A stretch of 64,000 nt of DNA from Chrysomallon squamiferum (Eukaryota > Animalia > Mollusca): the NCBI GenBank assembly GCA_012295275.1, contig CM022665.1, positions 34,844,001 through 34,908,000 of the forward strand. The letters run 5' to 3'. This document shows, one piece after another, positions 30,158-44,373 of this stretch; position 1 is the stretch's first letter; each line of letters starts with the position of its first letter. The notes beneath the pieces are model-generated. The model was not told where the DNA came from. It was given only the letters and a program-made list of their open reading frames with translations, and made no database searches. A program made the position numbers and the translations under genes.

Positions 30158-33100
30158 ATGCCTGACGTATATGCCCAAAAGATATCAGTAAATAGATCCG
30201 AGTACAAAGATAAAGATAAACCAACTCAAATAAGGATTAGCAACATACAAGCCGGCAAAGGTAATAATAGATGTATAGTAATATTCCATTGCATTTGTGT
30301 ACCAACCATTTTTAATGTTCTGAATTTTGTTGCATTGTTTCCTTGCCTGTATTATTTGAATACAGTAATTATTATAGCATATAATTAATAAAGTAAACGT
30401 GTCACTGTGCTAAATCAATCAATTTATTATTTATGTAATAAAGTATAATAGTATTCCTTGAAGGTAAATTCCAGTTCCTACTGGGCTAAGTCGTTGTGCA
30501 GCTAGAATGGATCGAAGTTGTCTAAAATGATTAATTATTAAAATAGTGCATAAACTTATTATCATACATGTTTCTATTTTTTAAATAACATACACGCTTA
30601 CAAAAATGTTAAACCCCAGAAATTTGAAAATAACACATTCGCAACGAGTTTGAAAACCCATTTAAAATGACGCAAAGATCAAGTGAATATCAATATGTTG
30701 AACTTGAATGTTAAGGAAGTAACAATAATTTCAAATCCCATATTAATAGATGCTTATTTTCATCCATTCAAACACTATTTAAGAAGGTAGAGGTTTCTGA
30801 CGAAAAAACTGCCATTTTGTAACCATTTTTTTTCTTGGCAAAACTAAACAATGAAGAAAGAAAGAAAATAATATATATACGCGCACACGCACGCACACAC
30901 ACACACACATTCTTACGGAAAATTTAAGAACAATACATCAACATTATCCATTCTCATTAAGCAGGACATTTGGTCCTCCATGAAACTTTGGCAATCCATT
31001 GCTGAACTGACCATGTTTCAAATGGTTAGTATAACAATTATCTTACTTATCATTGCTTTATAGTAATTTGAAAGACAATAAGATGAAAATCAATTTAATA
31101 TGTCCAGCTATTTTTTATTCTTGTCACATTTTCACATTAAGTTATTCAAGCATGTTGAAATCAAGTAATTTTTAAAAAATCAGTGTAAAGAAAAACTTAG
31201 TCAAATTGAAATATTCAAAATCGAGAATGCTTGTGGATTTCCTGCCTGTGTTTTTATGCTGAAATCCCCCAGAAATTACATAAGCCAGTGAAAAGCAAAC
31301 AGTGCACATCCTCGATGGAGATATGGGTAAATGGAACAGCCAGTTAGTATAAAATGGCTGCTGTGTATGGCAATTATCTGCACATAACTACTTAATAAGA
31401 TTGCATATTTTTCTTGTATTCCATCCTTTAGCATATATGTAATGAATGCAACTAGAAATTAACAAACTATGAGAATATTTCTTTGCCATTCACTGTCTGT
31501 GAACTAGGAGAAATACATTTTTTACTTTTTACAAATCATGTTAATTAACCATTCATACTGGTATTGTCATGTAAATTGTATTTAATCCTCTTCATAGTGA
31601 TGGCCACCAAAACCATAGTTATAATCAAAAACCTTTAAGACTAAAGATAACATTGTTGATATGAAATAGGACTAGCTGTGATTAATAATCTCAGATTTGA
31701 TCATTAGCATCAAAAGATGCACATGGTATAAAACTATTGCCTCAGATAGGCAGACATTATTCTCATTTGAATACATAAATACTTCAGTCATGCACATTTC
31801 TTTGATAATATTTAAGAATGGACTGAATGATAAAAATAACATTTTCAGCTGTGTCAGTCCTTCCTATTTGCACATAAAATGTACAGTGACTTTGCCCAGT
31901 AGGAAATGGAATTTATGCCAATATTGTCCTGCACCTAATAAAGATAAGATATTTTGTTTCTTCTTCAGTAAAAACAATATTTAATATGTCCATTCATATT
32001 TCAACCATTTGTATCATTTGTATTAATGAATTATTGCAAACTGAAATTAAATTTCAATTTCTGTATTAAGAAAATGATATACTTTTACAAATTTAATTAA
32101 TGTTATGATAACTGCATATTGTCAACTAGCAGAGAAAATACTATGTTATTTAACCTTTATCAGTCAATTTATTGTTATATTCATTTTAGGGAAAATAAAT
32201 GTTACACATGCTAGCTTGAAACAGTTTTAAAACTATTTTTGTTTGTAGCTGTTGCTGATGCTATTCGAACAAGTCTAGGTCCAAGGGGCATGGATAAAAT
32301 GGTAAGAAAACATTTTAAAACACATCTTTTATCTTGTATTAACAGATGTCATTAACTGTTTCAAAGTAATCTTCTCTTTTCTCTTTTTGTTGTGTTGAGT
32401 TTCATTAAGCCGGTTAGTTATTACTTGCATAAATTTGAGATTTATCTTTTGTTGTTAACTTATTCTGTTAATTTTGTTTTTCTAGATCCAGGCAGCTAAT
32501 GGTGATGTAACGATCACAAATGATGGAGCAACAATTCTGAAACAGATGCAAGTTCTTCATCCAGCTGCTAAAATGGTGAGCTGAAATTTTATTTTTCATA
32601 TTTTCCTTTATTTAAAAACCCCCCAAAAACAGTAATAAACAAGACATCATCACAAATTAATAGTTAAATATAATTAAATATGGGTAGTTATTTTAAAGAC
32701 AGATAATTGGTACCAGCAGGCAAATTTTTTCTGACTTTAATATTACATAATATGCACAAAAAATGAAAGCACATACTGAAAGCTGTAGCAAAAAGAATGA
32801 AAACACAACAAATTATGACTCTCTTTCCAGCAGTTAAGAAAATATATGCAAATCGGTACAACAGGTATTTGGTTGTTTTTTGGCTAATTAGCAGAAAGGG
32901 CTTCTTTGACCAACTAGTTTGAAAAGTAATTGACAAAAAAGGCTGAAAATCAACAAGAATGATGGGACCAACTTCATAAATCAGCTCAATTTTTTTCAGA
33001 CCTGTATTTGTGTTCACAGTAACATGCTAAACATGCCAAAATTTTCAAAATGACACACAGCAGAATGACTAAAAGTTCAAATAGACACTGTGGTTTCAGT

Positions 33101-36100
33101 TTTTGTCTTATTTGACAAATTCAACCTGTGTTATGAACAAATTATCAAGATCTTTCAAATGACATACTTGAATTTAACATTTGTAATAAAAAACAAAAAC
33201 ATTTCTGCCAATCCCATAAAAAAGAATTACCTTTTCAGTTTATATAGAACAGCACAACTTTATTTACATAAGCAGCTTCAATTTTCACCCTATTAAATAA
33301 TTGGTAGTACTAAGTTAAGATACTGTGATGTGTATATATCATATATATATAAATGTTACTTAAAAGGTCTACAAGCAATTTTGAAAGCAAAATAATTGAC
33401 GGTTTTAAACTGAAGATAGTAATCGACAAAACAATGTTAATTCGTTTATTTCAGAATGCAATTTCGCTACGCACGTGCTATAATTTATGCACTAAAAGTG
33501 GGAGCATTAAAGAAAAACAAAAAGCCAACAAGTTATTAAAAATATAAACAGCATATAAATATAATCATTTTAAACAGCGCCTGACCTTTCTAGCTGTACA
33601 TAAGATCTATGGTGATTTCATTCTGTAAAAAAAACGTAACATAATGGCGATTTCACTACGCACATGTTACTTTCAAACGTGGAGCCACTACATTTTTGGA
33701 CACAACTTTTGATAAAAGCCATGGCCAGTGATGACATGCACACTGTTAGAAAGATTGAACTTTGACCCTCCTAGCTGTGCTAAAAATAACGTTGAAGCCA
33801 TTTTGGCGAAAACAAGCCAGGCGTTTGCAGAGCGATCCTATTTTAGGACTTTTTACTCCACACTGTTAATTGCTGACCATGGGTGCCAAAGTGCATTTAC
33901 CCCACTGCATTTAACATTCTCATACAAAGAACTGATTTAACATACAACAAGAACAACAACACCATTTAAAACAGCACATAAAGATCTTTAGTTACATGTA
34001 TTTGTTTTTTATGGTAGGATTTATAGAAGGGATTTGGGAGTGGAGGAAAATGGGCAAAATCTTAACTTTTAATATATAGGCTAGGCTGCCAGTACCTACA
34101 GATAAAAAAATTCATTATCATCAACTTCTGTAATTATTAACTCTTAATTTCCATTTTATTTACAGCTGGTAGACTTGTCAAAGGCTCAAGATGTAGAGGC
34201 TGGAGATGGAACAACATCTGTTGTAATAATGGCTGGAAGTTTACTTGATGCTTGTACTGGTCTTTTGGCCAAAGGTACATTACAGTTTTATTATTTTACT
34301 GTTAAAAACTGGAATCAGATTAAATCTTAAGAAAGAGCTAAATGGTGAAAATTAAGAATCCTTTTTGTAGTAATTGGCCATAAATAGGTTATTCTCTAAA
34401 ACAGGGGATAATTTTGTGGTATCTGGTCTAAAATTAAAATGTGAAAACTTTTTTTTGTGTGTGTAGTAAGAGCTGAATATTTTTGTTCCCTTTCAATGAG
34501 ATGTTGATGATGGGAACTAGGATGATCACTCCTTAAACATGAACCCCCAAAAAAAAAAACCCAGAACATTTACATGTAGTCATGTTTTGGTGTTCTTTTA
34601 CGTTTTTGCAGATTCTAACAGAATGCTGATAATTAGGTGAACAGCTTCTGAGTTTTGGAACTGGTTATGTTGAAATGTAAAAATCTTACTGGCAGTTTTA
34701 ATGTTTTGCTTCAGTTTAAATAAAAATGAATGTATTGTTTTAGATCAGAATTAATATTTATTTTTCCAGAACATATTTGAGAGAATAAAATGTGTTATTA
34801 CAATGGGAATTAATCTTGATTTTTGGGTTTTTTTATCGCCATAGTAACATGGAAACCAGAGTACTGAAACATAGAACAAATGTCAAAAGCTCGTTTAAAT
34901 AAATGGATTTTGTATGTGTGCAAAGAAGTATAAAAGAACAATCAAAAACTGTAATTGTAAACAACAAAACGCATCAGATCAAATGAATCTGGGGATGAGG
35001 GATAAGCTGTTTCTGCCAACTACTGTTTTTCGGCAATATCTTATTGCAGTGGTGGTTTTGGGGAAAAGATGATGAACAGCTGAAAATACAAAAAGTAAAC
35101 ACGTAACAACAAAATGCTTAACAAAGGCCAATGGTTGGAGGAAGTGAAATAAAATGACCATTTACTGTAAAAAGTGATCAAATGAAAATTCTTGAAACTC
35201 ATCTTGCCTTCATCCAAAACCAGATTAAATGTGACAAAAATGATCATAACATTCAACTAAAATGTGGAATTGTTATTATTGCCAACAGTGAACATGAAAG
35301 GGTGCAAACTGCTCATAACAAATAATATTCTTAGAAAGTAATCCATTTGTTAAATTTGTCACCACTGTAGAAATGTATAAGCATTTCCGCCTCTGAAATA
35401 AATCTTAAAAAATAAATATAAATACCATGTCTAACTATCCTCAATGAACATTATGCAAATGTTTCTTTAAATAATAAAAAGTAAAGTAAATTATGATTTC
35501 AAGGATGAAACATTTATATGGCTTCATCAAAATCACATCTCTATCATAAGAGACACTGATGTTTTGTCTTGCACTCGTTTTAATGAAAAGTAAAATATCC
35601 AGTAAAAAGTAGGTTAATATCTTGTTGGTGTTTTTTTTTTTTTTTTTTTTATAATAATTTTACATCCCAAAACTTGCTTTTATTTTAAAATGTTTAGCTT
35701 CAATGTATTTATCCATTTATTTAAAAATGGTTTCTGAACAAAAATGTTTGACTGAAACCACACCTTAAAATAAATTGTCATTTTCAAATGGGTTCGAGGC
35801 TGATCCCATTCCAGAATAGTACATTATTCTGAAACCTTTCACAAAGACCATAATTAAAAGTAATACAATTTAAACACTATTTACATAAGCATAACAAAAC
35901 AGTATCTTATGTTCAAATGTAGTCGATACTTGGATTACTATCTTCATGCATTTTTATAACATAGAATCAAAAATGGAAACAGTTTAAAAATAGTGTCATT
36001 CGTTTAGAGTGACACTATTTTAATGTAGTTCCAGAAATGAATTGTTACAATGACTGTCATTTGAGAAATTTTACTAATCACCTTTTATTAATGTTTATTA

Positions 36101-39100
36101 ATTTATTTTTTTTTGAACCTTTTATTAATGTTTATTAATTTTTTTTTTTTTTTTTTCAATCACTAACACAAAAATAGATGTGATTTTAATTAAAATCAGC
36201 TGCATATGACAAACATTTTTTAAATCAGGGTGACCCTACAGAGTTCCCAGTTTCAAAGATCAACCCATAATCAATAATATTGCATTTAATTTCTTGGAAT
36301 ATTTCTTGGTAATGTGAAAGATATATAAATTTTCAGGTATCCATCCCACTACAATATCTGAATCTTTTCAAAGAGCAGCAGTGAAAGCTTGTGAGATTTT
36401 AGAAGGCATGATAACACCAGTTGAGCTTTCTGACAGGGAGTCTTTGCTTAAAAGTGCATCTACTGCTTTAAATTCCAAGGTATTATAACTTCTGCTCTTC
36501 TTAAAAGAAAAACATTTAAGAATATATTGTTGATTTAGCATAAAAATAAAATCTAAATTCATATAATAAAATTCTAGTTTAAAGAAATGTAATCTTGACC
36601 TTAATGATCTGATTTTATTAGTGTTAACAAAAAAAAATTATTTGCTGTTTGTACAAAATATGTTTAGTTTATATCTAATACATTTGCAGGTGGTATCTCA
36701 GAATTCAAACATTCTCTCTCCAATTGCTGTGGATGCTGTTATGAAAGTAATTGACCCAGCAACGGCTGATAATGTGGATCTGAAAGATATCAAGATTGTT
36801 AAAAAACTTGGGTAGGTATTATGTAATTTTAATTCCTTTAATTATACAAATTTGAATATGAAGTCTTTACTTATTTTTTAATTATTTTTTTTATACATTT
36901 TCTTTGTTTTGTATTACAGTGGAACAGTTGAAGACACAGAGTTAATAGATGGACTGGTATTCACACAGAAAACATCAGGTGCTGGTGGTCCCAACAAGAT
37001 TGAAAAAGCAAAAATTGGTCTCATACAGTTCTGCATTTCTCCACCAAAAACCGATGTAAGTTTAGTTTGATAGTTTTAAAAATATCTGGATCCACTGCTT
37101 TAAGTAACAATTGTTATGTCCTTTGATGAACCTCTGTATTAAATCAATATATCATTTAAACAGGTTTTAAGAACAATCTTCATATTAATTTTTCCAGTTT
37201 ATTATGTAATTCAAAACTGTGTTGGCCTATATAATTATAACTGTTTTGGGATTGTTTTTGACAGATGGACAATCAAGTGATTGTTTCGGATTACACACAA
37301 ATGGACAGAGTGTTGAAAGAAGAAAGGAATTACATCCTCAATATTGTCAAGCAAATAAAGAAAGCTGGTTGTAATCTTCTGCTCATTCAAAAATCAATTC
37401 TTAGGTAAGGAGACTGATAAATACTTTAATATTTATAGGTATGGTTATTACTTTTATTTTAATTTGAAATGTAAAATATAGGATGAACTTTTATAAATAT
37501 CAAGGTTCGCATGCCTCATTGAAAGCGAGAAAAGTCATAGAATTTGAAATTAAAAATCCCAGTCTGGAAAATCAGAATATCGCATTTACCCAGGTGAACA
37601 AAAAAACATTATTTTAAGATTCTACTTTTCTCGAATTCTGAAGCTGGTTCTGGCTTCAAGTAATGATATGACGGGTATTTGTAAATTTGTTACGCAGTAC
37701 ATTCAGGCATATCGCATGCAACAGAGAATTTATGTACAACTGGAATTTGAACTGGTTTTATGTCATTACATTACATACATAATAAATAAATCTGAGAACC
37801 AGTAAATATATATAATATTCATAATATCTGTGAATACTTAAATGGTCATTGAAGTTCGACTTTCGCCATTTTAGAAATAACATTAGAATTGCAGTCAGGG
37901 ATGCCAGGGTGCACTGATTGTGCAGACAGCTATTTTATTCAAGTGAGGGTTTAATGAAACTCCTTCCATGACCCATTTTCTGTTCACACAACATTCGTGT
38001 AGTGCTAAAAGATAATTTGCTCATCATTGAAAATAAATGCAACTCACTACATCAATAATGTTAGGCACTGTGCAGCGTTCTTTTTGTTTGGTTTTGTTGT
38101 TCAGTCTATACATGCAGTGATGGTGTATCAGTAATAATGGTAATAATAAAATTATGATAAATAAATTTGAAGGAAGAAAAAAACCACCATGATATTCATT
38201 TGGCATGTATTTAAAATTGGACCGTATTCAGTTGTAATTATATCAACATGTATTGATTTCTAAAAAAATTTAGAGGCATTATTTAATATTCTCACCATTG
38301 AATATTCCACCAATTTTTTGTAACTCAAACTGACCTTTGCAGAGTCATGTATCAAACCCTGATTTATTACTCTTGCATATTTAAAATGTTTTTCCATAAC
38401 ACTGAAGTAAATTAATGCAGTTAAGTTACAACGCAAGTTATAAATAAATGTGAAATAACATTGTATCAATAGACTTAAAAAAAACAATCTGAAATTAACA
38501 TTTTCTAAGACTTCAGTTTTCATACAGATGTATTTAGGAACAGGATTCATATATTTGTTGTGCAGTTGGTGAACCTGTGATGTTACTGATTTAAACACAA
38601 ATATATCCATGCATTTACAAATTCATCACTAAAATAAATATATTTGTGGTTTTTGTATTATGTGGTCATGAAATTGATGAGTCGTATAAAATTAACATCC
38701 AAAAGGTGTACAAACATTGATTTATTTATGACTTTTAAATTATTATTATTATTATTTGTATAATATTGGAATGATTCAAATTCTGTCTTCAAAATTAAAC
38801 ATATTACTAGTGAAATGCTAAGATAGATTTCAAAAACTGGTTAATACTAACCATTGAACATTTATGATAGGTTTTGCTTACTGACTTTAAACTGAAAGAT
38901 ATCAGTTTAATTATATATTTTTATGGTAACATTCATTATTTTAGAGATGCTGTTAGTGATCTGGCTCTTCATTTCCTTGCAAAGATGAAAATAATGGTTG
39001 TCAAAGATGTTGAGCGTGATGACATAGAATTTATTAACAAGGTATGGTCCATTTCCTTTATTTCTGTGGAAGAAGCAATGTTGCTTTTAAGAAACAAGTT

Positions 39101-40832
39101 ATATTACTTTATTTCAGATTATCACAGATTATATAGTTAATCACTTGCCTGTTACTAAGATAAAAATTTGAAAACTAATTATTATTTATTTTTTGTTTTG
39201 AAGACTCTTGGCTGCAGACCAATTGCCAGCTTGGATCACTTTTTACCAGAAAACCTTGGCACAGCTGATTTAGCAGAGGAGATACAAACAGGCAACAGCA
39301 AAATTGTGAAGGTAATGATAATGTTTTCATAATTTTATTCTCTAAAGCAATTCAGTAATGGATGTTAATTTTATTCAGTTATCTCCCTTATATTGATAGG
39401 TTTTTGAACCTTTTTGTTTTGAATGTTAACTGTTAAAATGGAATATAAAATACTTTGTGATGATTTAGCAATTAAATAGCTTTTCATAGACTGTCAGGAA
39501 TTAGAACTTCAATTTAAAAAAAAAACAGAAAAAAAAACAAATTGTAACTTTCTGTGAAATACAAGATAATTTTAACAGTACTGAATTATTATTGTATTTA
39601 GATTACTGGAATAGCTCACCAGGGAAAGACTGTAACAGTTCTCATTCGAGGTTCTAATAAACTGGTGTTAGAGGAAGCTGACAGATCTTTGCATGATGCA
39701 CTTTGTGTCATTAGATGTCTAGTCAAGAAAAAGTTAGTATAATTATATTCTTCATCTGTGAAACATTTGTAATTTAACAGTTTAAGGAATTGCAAGACAA
39801 CATTTATTTTACACTGAATCATAAACTGAAAACTGATAAATGAGAATGTATTAAATCTTAATCAATAGAAATTTCAAAGTTCAAATTTTTTTTTTTTAAT
39901 TGCTTGGATTTAAATTGATGTTTATTATACCATTGAAAATAATTTCTTCAGAGCATTAATAGCTGGTGGGGGTGCTCCTGAGATTGAGTTGTCACTGCGT
40001 TTGATGGAGTTTGCCAACACCTTATCAGGGATGGAGCAGTACTGTTTCCGAGCTTTTGCTGAAGCTCTAGAAGTCATTCCATTCACCTTGGCAGAGAACG
40101 CTGGACTCAATCCAATAGCCACTGTGACAGAGTTGAGAAACAGACATGCACAGGGAGAAAAAACTGCAGGAATTAATGTGAGAAAGGTAAGATGTGATCT
40201 AAACTAGTGGTTTTTAAATTATCTTTTATTTTTTTTATTTTTGTTTTAATGATTCATATTATCCCTATTTAACTGTTTATCATTTTCTGTTTTTCAGGGT
40301 GCTATATCCAATATCTTGGAAGAAAATGTTGTACAACCAATGATTGTCTCAACAAGTGCAGTGTCCCTTGCAGCAGAAACTGTTAGGAGTATTTTAAAAA
40401 TTGATGATGTGGTATGTTCATTATGAATCAGTTGCATTGTCAAAGAATAAACAGTACGGTAGCACTCATTGTTTCTGAAATAGTTTAACAATTTCATGTA
40501 GTCATGTTAAATATCTGGAATAAAGCTACCTAGCCTAGTGTTTTATATCAATATTGGGCACATTTGTTCCAAGCCTTCAGCTCATCTGGAAACAGTATCA
40601 CAGCAAAGCTTGAGTGACATGCAAGACTGTGCATAAAACATGATGGTTCCATGTTTAAATGTACTTGTAACACCACTGTTTTCTGGCTCTAAATTCAACT
40701 AAATTAATGGTGATTAAACTTAATTATTGGTTGTTTTTTTTGATTAAATCTGTTATTTGCAAATAATAATTCTTTAAAATGAATGTATATAACATGTTAT
40801 TTTTGTTTTATTTTCAGGTAAATTGTAAATGA
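30158..40832 (+). CDS. CCT4: T-complex protein 1 subunit delta (CCT4/TRiC), 14 coding exons
   Basis: Exons: 30158-30260, 32249-32301, 32486-32575, 34166-34274, 36337-36479, 36690-36811, 36920-37055, 37265-37404, 38945-39041, 39204-39311, 39602-39732, 39952-40186, 40298-40411, 40818-40832. Motifs [109 protein letters not shown] are diagnostic of CCT delta. Confidence 0.97.
37501..38719. mobile_element. Possible degenerate hAT-like element in CCT4 intron 8
   Basis: Left CAAGGTTCGCATGCC...GAAAAGTCATAGAATTT and right end reverse complement CAATGTTTGTACACC resemble hAT termini. TSD not recognisable. Confidence 0.3.
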
Positions 40833-43327
40833 ATCCTTCATTTCATCCATTTTTTCATTGAAGAATGTCAATTGAAGCTGTTCATTTTTGCTTTTGTATT
40901 CAACTTCCGCCATGTTTTTTTCTTTTTTAAAGTAGTTTGTAGCTGATGGTAATGTTGCACTCTATTTCAATAAGTTAGTTTGTATCAAAATTATATTATA
41001 AAGTGCTTTATATACATATGCCAAGACATGAATGTTTTCAACAAAAGACTGAAAGCTAGAACTACTGAATTTGTCCTATGGACTTTTTTGTGATATGTTT
41101 TATTAGCTTCATTTTTGTACCAGAAAGCAAAAACACTGAAATTAAATGTTCCATCAGTTGTTGGTCTTTTGTTTGTTGGCTGTTTACCTGTTGATTGCCC
41201 ATTGTGAAATGTGCAGAAGAAGGAATATAGTAAAACCAGGTGGTTTGGTGGGGGCAGTGTTTGTAAATAATCTATTATGCTTCTTTAATTACTTACTATA
41301 TCTACAATGTTCTGAGAAAATTAGTGGGAAATAGTTATATCACATGATCATGCAGAAAGGGTTTTATTTTTGGCATTTGTGGGGTTTTTTTTTTTTTTTT
41401 TTCTTCGTTGCTTCTGATGATAACCAGTGAGCTAGTTTCTGATATACAAGATATAGCAGGTACAACACTAGTGCTAATTTGGTAAAGATTTAATAAAGGT
41501 TTCCCAAGTGAACTGCTCTTTCATTCAACAAATTTACACTAACTAGTATGGTGTCAATAATTTAAATGCACAGCACTGAGAACAAAGTACCTTAATGAGT
41601 GACTTGATTCAAATGTGTCATCTTAAAACACTGCCCAATTTTTTTATTGCCAACATAAAAATGTACTGTGAGGTAAAACATTTCGGTTCTTTTATTTTCC
41701 CCCCACCCCTCAATGTTACACTGCAGATTGTTTAAAAAGAAGCTAGCATGTGCATCTGGAAACCCTGATACTGAAATAATAATTCGTTGTACACTTTGAG
41801 GCAAAAGATTATTGTCAAAGTATAAACAGTTTAGAATTACATACATATGTTTATGTTGACATCCTTAATTTTATACTTCTTAATATGAATAAACTGAATA
41901 ATTGTATCATGTTTGTTCAACATATAATAATGTATGTGTTTGATGAAGATATGCAAATTCCCCACGCACTATACATCAGAAAATCTCTTCTATGCACCTT
42001 CCAATAGATAAGAAAGCATATGTCATGGTATTTAAAAAACATTCTAAAATAATCATAATTTACATATATATTTTGCGTAAGAACAAAACAAATGTAAATA
42101 AAATCTGCTTTGTCCAGACAAATGTATTAGTCTGTCATAATTATTATGAAACGAATGCCAGGTTTAACTTCTTTGTTTTCAGTTTGACTGGAATCAATTC
42201 AGTTTTTTTTTTTTATATATATATAAAAAAAAAAAAACCCTATATTTCAGAGTCATTTGAACCATCCATGAAAATGTTGAATAATGATAAAATAAGATGT
42301 TATTTGAGGATGTGTGTTTTAGTTTTTCAAATCAAAATATTAAATGCAGAGAAAGAAAAAAGAGTTTAGAATGGACATGATTTAATAATAAAATATGTAC
42401 AATGAATAATAAAATTAGTCTTAACAGAATCTGTAATATTAATATTGATATTTTGAGTACTTCTATACTTTAATTCCTCATGTACAAGCCAATCTTTCTG
42501 ACTGCTTCATCATTGTAACTTGACCACATTAGTAGCTTAAATGTACTTTCCAGTTCTACAACTGTAAATATTTGAGTGTTATTATCAATGCACATTCCAC
42601 CTTAACCAAGTGTAATATGCAGGTCTGAACAGGATCAGGGGTAGGTGTGCTTCAATGGGGCTTCATTAATGATAGTATAAATATGGTCAAAAAAGATCCT
42701 TGAGAAAATATTAATATGTTAATATATATGTATTTAACAATGACTGCAAAACTACTTAATGAGTAGTGTGGAATGGGGTCTATTACCAGTTTTGCACGGG
42801 TATATTTATGGATAATTATTTTCGTAATACATGGATATGATTTATACTATCTTATTTACATAACAATAGAATAAATCGCACATAATTATATTATTTTCGC
42901 AGTAATGTTAACGCTTTAATTAAAACTGTTTCAAGTAATATTAAGACAAGACGCTTTTTTAATATTTAACCTATGTCATTCCACGTCTGGGTGTTCAACC
43001 CACACGCTTTGTATTATACAAACGATTTTATTGGTCGATCGTTACAGCTACAAACACATACAGGGACTATATTTCGCGCAGGGAATAGAGAGATATTTGT
43101 CTCGCGTCACGAGATTCTTAAGATATTCACGCGCCCAACCCGATCTCTCCATCCAAACGTATGAAAGGCGCTCAGGTATTAGAATAGTAATTTTTTTTTT
43201 TTTTTTTTTTTTTTTTTTGATTTGTGGTGTGCTAATTCTGAGCATTTCATTGGCTATTATGTTTGACGTTGTTAGGCACCAAGAGGTCGTACGAATTAAC
43301 ATTTCACAAATAATGTGATTCTCTTAA

Positions 43328-43371
<44 letters not shown>

Positions 43372-43452
43372 AAATTCGTTTCAACCGCACATTCTGTCCT
43401 CAGAGTGACCAATAACCAGTTTCATGTTTTTATGCATAGTTTATGATAAGTC

Positions 43453-43556
43453 GTGACATGTGCCTTGATTTTCTATGGGATGTCATGTAAAAGATCTCTT
43501 GCTGCTAACAGTAATTATTATCTGTATAGTCCTTCATTATATGTAACGACGCCATA
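43453..43556 (+). mobile_element. Degenerate SINE core remnant (Meta-type domain-like)
   Basis: atgtgcc...ctatgggatgtcatgtaaaagatctcttgctgctaa...tatctgtatagtcctt...atgtaacgacgccata resembles the conserved core of mollusc tRNA-derived SINEs as I recall it; not verified by search. Confidence 0.4.
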
Positions 43557-44190
43557 TTATATTTACTGGATACATATGTATTTGAAATAATAATAATAAA
43601 AAAATCCCTCACGTAGATTATCTGGAAATTACAGCCTTTCTAATAAAATTGAAACAGAGCGCCTGTGTATCTAAGTGAGCATAGACTAATATTTAAAGGA
43701 AAGAAAGAAAAGTTTGTTCTTACCATTTTGTTCTAACATACCCAACTAAATGCCAACGATTTAAAAATGTTTCAGAGTTTTATAATTTATGTTCGATATA
43801 TTTTTACATTGTTACAAGTTATGCATATCTGACTACATTCAGTGACGATCTCTATGGCATGTAGATAGTTAATCTTGAATTATGCAACAGAACAGAAATT
43901 TGTATTTGTTGACAACAATACAACCAAAATAAAACTGATAACATAAGAGATAATACCAATGATAATCTGTAGCTTATTCCTTTAATTAAATATGACTGAT
44001 CCTGCCAGGTAAATGATTTATAAATAAACTATGTTTTCTTGATGTAGATACATTTTCACACTGTTTTATGAACATAACTGGATAGCTGGAATCGAGAGGT
44101 GAAGTTTGATATCTTGCATGCCCATATTTTGGTTTGGACCTTTTCTTAAGTATATTTTAGAGTGAAAACCGAGTGTTGCCGAAGGACGAA

Positions 44191-44243
44191 TGACGTCACG
44201 TGTGAAAAGAGGAGGAAGACAGTAGGCAGTCCGAGAAATGGCG
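44191..44243 (+). promoter_or_regulatory. MTA promoter motifs: overlapping CRE/E-box and YY1-like site
   Basis: TGACGTCACGTG (44191-44202) is a perfect CRE plus CACGTG; AAATGGCG at 44236-44243. They lie 130-180 bp upstream of the ATG in a CpG-retaining region. Confidence 0.55.
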
Positions 44244-44373
44244 ACTCCGTGATATGTCGCTTCAGGGGGGTACTGAAGTGGACCTCATATTCTGATGCCC
44301 CATCATTATTTTGTTTATTGTTTCACATGAACTAAAAGGATCGTTAGATTCAATATCTATTGTTTGGATAAAT

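Noticed and set aside
30955-31390. H/ACA-like hairpins in CCT4 intron 1
   Set aside because: Short stems; pocket-to-ACA distances do not fit the 14-16 nt rule.
33719-33882. C/D box snoRNA candidate (GTGATGA...CTGA with CCATGG flanks) in CCT4 intron 3
   Set aside because: Non-canonical stem-to-box C spacing, long interior, no rRNA/snRNA complement recognised.
43718-43730. Minus-strand ATG-only first exon (AAAATG|gtaaga) of a hidden gene between CCT4 and MTA
   Set aside because: No downstream coding exons could be found.
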